This document shows positions 11,722-18,674 of a stretch of 19,252 nucleotides of DNA, piece after piece (position 1 is the first letter of the stretch; every line of letters starts with the position of its first letter). Source of the stretch: Sulfurimonadaceae bacterium (GTDB lineage: Bacteria > Campylobacterota > Campylobacteria > Campylobacterales > Sulfurimonadaceae); contig JBFESZ010000036.1 of NCBI GenBank assembly GCA_041548245.1, positions 1 to 19,252 of the forward strand. The letters run 5' to 3'. Made by a program: the position numbers and the translations under genes. The notes beneath the pieces are model-generated. The model did no database searches. It was not told where the DNA came from and saw nothing but the letters and a program-made list of their open reading frames with translations.

Positions 11722-11982
11722 TTATTTAATGATACCAAGAAGGTCATCTGTGTCAATCACTAGGTAAGTTGTACCATCTAGTGTTAATTCATTACCTGCA
11801 TACTTTCCAAAAACGACTGTATCATTGACAGCTACGTTTTCCACTTCTGCACTGATGGCTAGAACTTTTCCTTGTGAAGGTTTTTCCTTCGCACTATCTG
11901 GGATGTAGATTCCAGAAGCCGTTGTCTGTGCTTCTTCTACACGTTCAATTAAAACACGTTTGCCTAATGGTTGAAAATTCAT
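11722..11982 (-). CDS. groES: Co-chaperonin GroES
   Basis: FQPLGKRVL and [15 protein letters not shown] mobile loop; directly upstream of groEL. Confidence 0.98.
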   Translation of the reverse strand: MNFQPLGKRVLIERVEEAQTTASGIYIPDSAKEKPSQGKVLAISAEVENVAVNDTVVFGKYAGNELTLDGTTYLVIDTDDLLGIIK

Positions 11983-12015
11983 AGTGTCTCCTTAAATAAT
12001 ATTTTGTGGACTGGA

Positions 12016-12044
12016 ATTCTACAAAATTAGAAACTTTATGTCAA
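12016..12044 (-). promoter_or_regulatory. Sigma70-type promoter of groESL
   Basis: The minus strand reads TTGACA (12044-12039), 17 nt, TAGAAT (12021-12016). Confidence 0.8.
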
Positions 12045-12047
12045 TAG

Positions 12048-12068
12048 TCTTAGTCTAAATGACTAAAG
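12048..12068. promoter_or_regulatory. HAIR-like (HspR) operator
   Basis: The minus strand reads CTTTAGT-N7-ACTAAGA, versus HAIR CTTGAGT-N7-ACTCAAG; core dyad TTAGTC-N5-GACTAA just upstream of the groES -35. Confidence 0.65.
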
Positions 12069-12160
12069 TTTAATTAGTATTATTTGTAAACTTAGTTTTA
12101 GTCATATGTCATCATATGTAATTTGTTTTTAGTTTTAGGAAATAATAAGCATTGGACATG

Positions 12161-12166
12161 TATAAT
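12161..12166 (+). promoter_or_regulatory. -10 element of the tRNA promoter
   Basis: TATAAT 23 nt upstream of the tRNA 5' end. Confidence 0.55.
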
Positions 12167-12189
12167 TCCAGCCTTCTTAAAGCAAAGAT

Positions 12190-12266
12190 GTCAAGGTAGC
12201 TCAGCTGGTTAGAGCGCTGGTCTCATAAGCCGGAGGTCGAGAGTTCAAGTCTCTCTCTTGACACCA
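12190..12266 (+). tRNA. tRNA-Met (CAT), non-initiator; probably elongator Met (lysidine Ile2 not excluded)
   Basis: Cloverleaf: acceptor GTCAAGG/TCTTGAC, D-arm GCTC/GAGC, anticodon arm CTGGT-CTCATAA-GCCGG (CAT at 12224-12226), T-arm GAGAG-TTCAAGT-CTCTC, encoded CCA. G1-C72 is paired and the anticodon stem has no GGG/CCC, so it is not fMet. Confidence 0.95.
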
Positions 12267-12440
12267 TACATTTATAATAAACTCTCCCAATAAAAAATTT
12301 GCAATAATATTAAAAGTAATCCTGCTCTTAGTGATATGTTTTTCATTGCATCATGAAATTTTATAGACAACGTGACAGAGGATGAGTGGCTGAATTGATC
12401 ATCGGATATTTAGTTATAAAGCTATTGACATATGTATTTA

Positions 12441-14696
12441 TTAATCAATAAGCTTAACAACTTGGTTACGTCCATTATGTTTTGCTTGATACATCGCCTT
12501 ATCAGCACGTTTGATCATCTCTGCATTCTTCTCTTCGGCTTGATGCATAGCGACACCAAAGCTTGCAGTTACAGTCCCTACAGTATCAAAATCATATTGC
12601 TGCAGTGCCATACATAGTTTATTTGCAAGGAGTTCAGCACTCTCTATCGTTGTTTCGGGTGTAAGGATGATAAACTCTTCTCCTCCCCAACGTGCAAAGA
12701 TATCGGTCTCACGAATGTTGAAACGTACGATATCGCTGACAGTTCGCAAGACTTTATCACCAATATCATGCCCATAGGTATCGTTGATATTTTTAAAATG
12801 ATCAATGTCAAACATGATCAGCGCCATAGGTGCATGATAGCGTTCGGCACGGGAGAGCTCTTTTGAGAGCAGCTCTTCAAACTGGTGGCGATTGTTGATA
12901 CCGGTAAGCTTGTCGGTCGTAGCGAGTTTGGAGAGTTTGTTTTCCAGTTCAATACGTTCAGTGATATCTTTTCCGGTAGAGACATAACCGATGATTTTAT
13001 CTTCTTTGTTGAGAATAGGTGTGATGGTCTGCTCCTCATGAAAGAGTGAACCATTTTTTCTACGATTGATGGTGACGCTTCTGAAGCTTTTTCCTTGGGA
13101 GATAGTATCCCACATTTTTTTATAAAAGGCGTTATTATGCTTGCCCGACCTGAGTATATTCGATTTCACGCCTATGGCTTCTCGGCGAGGAAAGCCTGTA
13201 TGTGCAACAAAAGCATCATTGACATAAGTGATGATTCCGTTTTCATCGGTCATCTTGATGATGTCATCTGTCTGTTCGACGATCTGTGAAAGGGCTTTGA
13301 TCTGTTCTTCAGCCTTTCTGATATCAGTGACATCGATGATGTTGCTTAGCGCTACAAACTTTCCTTCGTATTCGATAGTCATAGAGAATGCGCTAACGGT
13401 TTTAAAAGAACCATCTTTACAGCGTATCTGTATATCATCATACTGTTTGGTAAACTTTTCTCCTTGTGAGCGTCTGTGTAAAATATTTTTAAGCTTATCC
13501 TTGTCTTTTACGACAAAAAGTTCAAGAAGCTTCATATTAAGGAGTTCTTGACGGCTAAAACCGGTCATTTTTTCAATCTGAGGGTTGATATAGTAGATAT
13601 TCTGATCATGTACCAAGACACCTGTGTATCCATTTTCAGTCAGGATTTTGAACTTGTCCTCACTTTTTTTGAGTTCTTGCTGAATATTCATCTCCGTCGT
13701 GACATCCTGAACGGTTCCTAGCATTTGCACAGGGGTCCTATTTTCATCACGACGAATTTTTCCATGCTCATGCACATACTTTAATTGATTATCAGGTGTT
13801 ATGATGCGGTGGACAATATCATAGGGAGCAATGTCTTTGAGTGCCAGATCAAGGGCCTGACTAACAAGTTCTCTGTCATCGGGATGTATAAAAGAGGTGA
13901 ACTTCTCATAGGTTGGCAGGATGGAATTGGGCTCAATCCCAAAGATGCGGTAGATCTCTTCACTCCACCTAAGTGAACCATCTTTAATGTCCCATTCCCA
14001 GTTTCCAAGGTGTGTTATCTGTTGAGCTTCCTGATAGACAGTATTTAACTGAGTTAACTCAGTGGTTCGTTTTTGTACGGTTTTTTCGAGCTTATTAGCC
14101 AATTCCTGATACTTTTTGCGTGCGAGTATCAGGCCAAAAAACCGATTTCTTGATATGATTATAAAATAGAAAATCATTACAGATTCAAAAGCAACAAAGA
14201 GGATATGCAGCAGAGCAATGTCAACCCCACATCCATAATTAAAAATATAGACAGGTTCGCCAAAGAAGGTAATATGATGTTCTTGCATATAGTTAAAAAG
14301 TAGATGATAGACAGATGTGGTTATTGCAGCGGATAAAACAGCATAACTATCTTTATATAGTGTTAGAAAAGAGAGAGCAACAAAGATATGAAAATGCATC
14401 TCTATGCGACCAAGAGACTGTTGTATATATAATATAGAAAAGAGCATCAGTACAATGCCTATAGCGATCCGAAACTCTTTTTTACCACGGTAAAAAACAT
14501 AAACAAGAAGAAGGATGAAGAAATAAAGCCCCCCTATAAAAAAACCGATTTCATAGGTTTTAAACTCTATAGAGGTAAAAAGGGTTGAGATAAGCCAGTG
14601 AAGTCCGGCAAAAAAAAGCATGATTTTGTCACTTCTAAGATTATGCTCCAATAGAGCTGTCTGTATCTCAGGTGTGTTTTTCAACTCGGTGTTCAT
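12441..14696 (-). CDS. Membrane-anchored diguanylate cyclase (about 6 TM sensor, coiled coil, 3 PAS, GGDEF)
   Basis: Hydrophobic residues about 24-182; PAS_3-like GNWEWDI...IHPDDRE; two further PAS domains; TDKLTGINNR, DIDHFKNINDTYGH, RETD I-site and RWGGEEF active site (12672-12686). Confidence 0.92.
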   Translation of the reverse strand: MNTELKNTPEIQTALLEHNLRSDKIMLFFAGLHWLISTLFTSIEFKTYEIGFFIGGLYFFILLLVYVFYRGKKEFRIAIGIVLMLFSILYIQQSLGRIEMHFHIFVALSFLTLYKDSYAVLSAAITTSVYHLLFNYMQEHHITFFGEPVYIFNYGCGVDIALLHILFVAFESVMIFYFIIISRNRFFGLILARKKYQELANKLEKTVQKRTTELTQLNTVYQEAQQITHLGNWEWDIKDGSLRWSEEIYRIFGIEPNSILPTYEKFTSFIHPDDRELVSQALDLALKDIAPYDIVHRIITPDNQLKYVHEHGKIRRDENRTPVQMLGTVQDVTTEMNIQQELKKSEDKFKILTENGYTGVLVHDQNIYYINPQIEKMTGFSRQELLNMKLLELFVVKDKDKLKNILHRRSQGEKFTKQYDDIQIRCKDGSFKTVSAFSMTIEYEGKFVALSNIIDVTDIRKAEEQIKALSQIVEQTDDIIKMTDENGIITYVNDAFVAHTGFPRREAIGVKSNILRSGKHNNAFYKKMWDTISQGKSFRSVTINRRKNGSLFHEEQTITPILNKEDKIIGYVSTGKDITERIELENKLSKLATTDKLTGINNRHQFEELLSKELSRAERYHAPMALIMFDIDHFKNINDTYGHDIGDKVLRTVSDIVRFNIRETDIFARWGGEEFIILTPETTIESAELLANKLCMALQQYDFDTVGTVTASFGVAMHQAEEKNAEMIKRADKAMYQAKHNGRNQVVKLID

Positions 14697-14736
14697 AACT
14701 TCATCCTAGCACTCAGATATATAAAATTACTCTTTT

Positions 14737-14745
14737 ATTATAGCA
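14737..14745 (-). promoter_or_regulatory. Extended -10 promoter for the diguanylate cyclase
   Basis: The minus strand reads TGCTATAAT about 40 nt upstream of the ATG. Confidence 0.6.
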
Positions 14746-15104
14746 TTTTAAAATATCCTATAAATTTAATACTAAAAACTAACTGTAACATAATGATACG
14801 TTTTTTGGTGAATTTTAGAAAAAAAACAGAGTATTCTTATGTAAATTTTACATGTTGAAATTAATTTTTATTATATGAATTCATGAGATTACAGATTTGT
14901 TAACACTTTTGTAACAATGGTATTGTATGTCAAATAGTTCCCTTAAATAGGTTGTTTTCAAAAATAAGTGTCTGTGATATTTCTTAAAAAATAGTATAAC
15001 TTTTTATGATATTGGATTAAGCTGAAAAAGATAGATATTTGTAGAATTTATAATTATTTTATTGTATTCTTATAATATAAAGAAAACTAATATTTTAGTA
15101 TAAG

Positions 15105-15126
15105 TTAAGCTTTTAGCCCCTAGAAT
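15105..15126 (+). promoter_or_regulatory. Candidate promoter of the cox operon
   Basis: TTAAG-N11-TAGAAT, the same layout as upstream of acpP and the tRNA; SD AGGAG at 15149-15153. Alternative TATAAT boxes at 15049 and 15071. Confidence 0.4.
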
Positions 15127-15157
15127 TCACGACATAAATAAAAGAAATAGGAGTGAT

Positions 15158-15946
15158 ATGCGTAAATTTCTGCTGTGTCTACTATTGCTTGCAGGTTTTT
15201 TACATGCCGAGCAATTGGGAGTGAATGAGAAATTAGGCCAAATGGTTCCACTGGACCTTACATTCATTGATGAAAACTCCAACAAGGTGAGTTTAAAAGA
15301 ATTGATGGATGGCAAGCCGACAATTCTTACACTGAATTATTTTAGATGTGCAGGAATTTGTACGCCACAACTGGAAGACTTGGCAAAAATGCTTGGTCGT
15401 CTGGATTTGGCGGAAAATACAGACTACAAAGTGCTAACCGTCAGTTTTGCTGAGGATGAAACACCTGAATTGGCAAAAGCAAAGAAAAAGAATCATATAG
15501 CTTCGATAAGAAGAGAATATGTTCAAGATGCTTGGCGCTTTGTAATTGGCGAGAACAATAGTTCTGGGGTTTTGGCGGAGAAAGTTGGTTTTACATACCA
15601 AAAAACGGTCTCATCGCAAGGTAAGGTTGACTATATCCATGCAGCTGCATTGATCATCTTATCACCGGAAGGAAAGATTACACGTTATCTTAATGGTATC
15701 GAACAACTTCCTTTTGATGTAAAGATGGCGTTGATGGAAGCGACAGAGGGTAAGGTCGGTCCTACCATCGCAAAAACACTGCTTTATTGTTTTTCATATG
15801 ATCCGAAAGGCAAGAAATATGTGTTTATGTGGGAGAAAGTTGTCGGAGCAGTTATGCTTGCGATCGTATTCGGATTCTTCATCTACCTGGTTAAGACAGG
15901 AAGAAAAGAAGAAGACCATCAAAATAAAGGAGAGTTAGATGAGTAA
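15158..15946 (+). CDS. SCO1/SenC-family copper chaperone for oxidase assembly
   Basis: Signal-peptide-like N-terminus, CAGIC (CxxxC), conserved His in YIHAA, C-terminal LLYCFSYDP plus a TM anchor; overlaps the coxA start by 8 nt. Confidence 0.9.
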   Translation: MRKFLLCLLLLAGFLHAEQLGVNEKLGQMVPLDLTFIDENSNKVSLKELMDGKPTILTLNYFRCAGICTPQLEDLAKMLGRLDLAENTDYKVLTVSFAEDETPELAKAKKKNHIASIRREYVQDAWRFVIGENNSSGVLAEKVGFTYQKTVSSQGKVDYIHAAALIILSPEGKITRYLNGIEQLPFDVKMALMEATEGKVGPTIAKTLLYCFSYDPKGKKYVFMWEKVVGAVMLAIVFGFFIYLVKTGRKEEDHQNKGELDE

Positions 15947-17615
15947 AAGTTATTTAGATATCAACGAAACGCACTGTGCCATTGGCCATCCAAAAAGTGC
16001 GTTTTGGCAGTGGATGCTTACTATCGATCATAAACGTATCGGTATTATGTATGCAGCTGTAATGTTCACATTCTTTTTCGTAGCAGTATTTACTGCGCTT
16101 GCGATGAGATTTGAGTTGTTTGCACCAGGTGCACAATATATGGATGGAGACACGTTTAACCAAGCGTTTACACTTCATGGTGTAATTATGGTCTTCTTGT
16201 TCATTATCCCGGGGATTCCTGCGGTATTCGGTAATATTGTAATGCCATTGATGATCGGTGCGAAAGACGTATCGTTCCCACGTCTTAACTGGTTTACATT
16301 CTGGTTGTATATAGTTGGGTGTCTTGTGGCACTAGCATCACTGTTTAACTTCACAGGTGAAGGGCTTGACTTTAACTTTGCAGATACAGGTTGGACGTTC
16401 TATGCTCCATATTCTTTGAATACAGGTACTAATGTTATTACAACACTAGTTGCAGCTTTCATCCTTGGTATGGCTTCAATCCTTACAGGTCTTAACTTTC
16501 TTGTAACAATTCACCGTCTACGCGCTCCTGGTATGACATTCTTTAAAATGCCACTATTCGTATGGGGTATCTATGCGACAGCGTGGATTCAGCTTCTTGC
16601 TACACCGGTTGTTGGTATTACACTGATTCTGGCTATGTTAGAGAAGTTTTTTGGAATCGGTATTTTTGACCCATCTAAAGGTGGTGACCCGGTATTATTC
16701 CAACACCTTTTCTGGATCTATTCACACCCAGCGGTTTATCTAATGATTCTTCCAGCGTTTGGTATTATGTCTGAGATTATCCCAGTTTTCTCAAGAAGAG
16801 AGATCTTTGGTTACCGTACAATTGCTCTATCATCAGCTTCAATCGCTGGTATCGGTTATATTGTTTGGGGTCACCACCTGTATACTTCAGGTATGTCTGA
16901 TCTTGCTAAAACGATCTTCTCATTCCTGACATTCTTTGTTGCTATCCCTACTGGGGTTAAGTTCTATGACTGGGTTGCAACGATGTATAAAGGTAAGATC
17001 GTTCTTGCGACACCAATGCTATGGGCATTAGGAACTATCATCACTTTTGCTATCGGTGGTCTTACAGGTGTTACTATTGCAATGGTTGGTGCTGATATTC
17101 ACCTTCAAGATACATATTACACAGTGGCACACTTCCACTACGCGATTCTAGGTGGGGTTGTTTTCTTGCTGTTCGCTGGTATGCACTACTGGTTCCCATT
17201 GATTACAGGTAAGATGTATAACGAGACAAAAGCAAAATTTGCATTCTTACTTAACTTTGTCGGTTTCAACATGCTATGGTTCCCGATGTTCATCGCTGGT
17301 TACCTTGGTATGCCACGTCGTTATTTTGATTACCTTCCTGAATTTGAGATCTATCATAAAATCTCTTTCTGGGGAGCAATCATCTTTATTTCTGGTCTGA
17401 TCTATATGTTCTACGTCCTTATCCAAGCTTGGAGAAAAGGCGAGGCTGTAGGTGTTAACCCATGGCATGCAACAACACTTGAGTGGCACTTGCCTTCATC
17501 ACCACCACCATTAGAAAACCATACAAAAGTTCCGTATATCGACTTTAATCCGTATGAGTATCACCATGGTGAGCCAGTGGTTAAATTTGATGAAAATATG
17601 AAAAGGATTGACTGA
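15939..17615 (+). CDS. coxA: Cytochrome c oxidase subunit I, heme-copper oxidase family A2
   Basis: DHKRIG, TLHG, GAKDVSFPRLN, GWTFY, FWIYSHPAVY, VWGHH, PTGVK, VAHFHY and GMPRRY motifs. Confidence 0.96.
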   Translation: MSKSYLDINETHCAIGHPKSAFWQWMLTIDHKRIGIMYAAVMFTFFFVAVFTALAMRFELFAPGAQYMDGDTFNQAFTLHGVIMVFLFIIPGIPAVFGNIVMPLMIGAKDVSFPRLNWFTFWLYIVGCLVALASLFNFTGEGLDFNFADTGWTFYAPYSLNTGTNVITTLVAAFILGMASILTGLNFLVTIHRLRAPGMTFFKMPLFVWGIYATAWIQLLATPVVGITLILAMLEKFFGIGIFDPSKGGDPVLFQHLFWIYSHPAVYLMILPAFGIMSEIIPVFSRREIFGYRTIALSSASIAGIGYIVWGHHLYTSGMSDLAKTIFSFLTFFVAIPTGVKFYDWVATMYKGKIVLATPMLWALGTIITFAIGGLTGVTIAMVGADIHLQDTYYTVAHFHYAILGGVVFLLFAGMHYWFPLITGKMYNETKAKFAFLLNFVGFNMLWFPMFIAGYLGMPRRYFDYLPEFEIYHKISFWGAIIFISGLIYMFYVLIQAWRKGEAVGVNPWHATTLEWHLPSSPPPLENHTKVPYIDFNPYEYHHGEPVVKFDENMKRID

Positions 17616-18319
17616 TGGCACACGAATACGTACCAGAAATCGCGGTTGACCGCGAAGGAAAGGAACATGTAGTTCAAGGTTGGCAAGACGATACTTATGG
17701 CGGTAAGCTTGGGTTCTGGTTGTTTATGTTTACTGAGGTCATGATGTTTGGAGCGATGTTCCTTGTCTTGACATACTATTTTTCACTACATCATCAAGAT
17801 TTCTTGAATGCGTCAGCAAGTCTAAACAGACTGCTTGGCGGTATCAATACTGTAGTACTACTGTTTTCTGCATTGACAATGGGTCTAGGTCTGTTGAAAA
17901 TGCGTTCGGGTGACGTTAAAGGTGCTAAGCTTATGATTTGGGCAACAATCCTTTTGGCACTTGTGTTCTTGGGTATTAAAGCTGTTGAATGGACTGCTGA
18001 GTACCACCATGGTGTTTTCCTTGGTCTTGAAGCACTTCAATCTGGAAATGCGAATTCAAAACCATTTGGTGAGATCTTATTCTTTGGTATGTACTTTACG
18101 ATGACGGGTCTGCACGGTTTTCACATCATCATTGGTATCGGGATCATGATCTGGTTACTTAAACGTATCAATGCGGGTAAGGTTAGACCAGACCACCATA
18201 TTTTACATTTTAACATCGCACTTTATTGGGACCTTGTTCACCTTATCTGGGTTTTCGTTTTCCCTTATTTCTATATGATCGGTGCGGGTGATATTGCAGG
18301 AGTTGCACATGGACACTAA
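17615..18319 (+). CDS. coxC: Cytochrome c oxidase subunit III (short form)
   Basis: LGFWLFMFTEVMMFG, INTVVLLFS, YFTMTGLHGFH and LYW..V..IW motifs; TGATG coupling to coxA. Confidence 0.92.
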   Translation: MAHEYVPEIAVDREGKEHVVQGWQDDTYGGKLGFWLFMFTEVMMFGAMFLVLTYYFSLHHQDFLNASASLNRLLGGINTVVLLFSALTMGLGLLKMRSGDVKGAKLMIWATILLALVFLGIKAVEWTAEYHHGVFLGLEALQSGNANSKPFGEILFFGMYFTMTGLHGFHIIIGIGIMIWLLKRINAGKVRPDHHILHFNIALYWDLVHLIWVFVFPYFYMIGAGDIAGVAHGH

Positions 18320-18665
18320 TACAAACGTTAATTACAAAGCAGAGTATGCTGGTTACTGGAAGGTCCTTATCGGACTTCTAGTCCTTACAGCAGTTACATT
18401 TATTCAGCCAAGTATGTTTTTAACAGAACATAACTTTGCGGTTCAATTGTTTATCGGTCTAGTGAAAGCTTGGATGATCCTGATGTATTATATGCACTTA
18501 AAAGGCGAAAAGCTTATTATCGGGTTTACACTTTTCTCAGTGTTCCTGGTTGCATTTTTCTTTTTGATCGTTATTACTGACGTTAACAATTTCCAATTCA
18601 TGGATCTTAGTCATATTACATCACAAACAACTGGTGCAGATCATGCTGCAGCAGCATCGCATTAA
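18309..18665 (+). CDS. coxD: Cytochrome c oxidase subunit IV (CtaF/Cox4_pro family)
   Basis: Three TM helices with KAWMILMYYMHLKGE. Start re-called to ATG 18309 (SD AGGAG at 18298-18302) instead of 18282 in the ORF track. Confidence 0.85.
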   Translation: MDTNTNVNYKAEYAGYWKVLIGLLVLTAVTFIQPSMFLTEHNFAVQLFIGLVKAWMILMYYMHLKGEKLIIGFTLFSVFLVAFFFLIVITDVNNFQFMDLSHITSQTTGADHAAAASH

Positions 18666-18674
18666 GGAGGCGGC

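Noticed and set aside
11722..11982. Unusually short GroES (86 aa)
   Set aside because: This length is normal for Campylobacterota, and the gene is intact with SD and stop.
14706..14714. CTAGCACTC, an 8/9 match to a CIRCE half-site upstream of the cyclase
   Set aside because: No second half-site at 9-nt spacing, and it abuts the SD region; probably chance.
12267..15157. tRNA-anchored genomic island or prophage
   Set aside because: No integrase, transposase or duplicated tRNA 3' end (att site) is visible in the window.
14697..15157. Riboswitch, sRNA or CRISPR array in the long intergenic region
   Set aside because: Very AT-rich, with no GC-rich stems, no recognisable c-di-GMP riboswitch motif and no regularly spaced repeats.
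18282..18308. ORF-track N-terminal extension of subunit IV
   Set aside because: It overlaps coxC by 38 nt, and a strong SD supports ATG 18309 instead.
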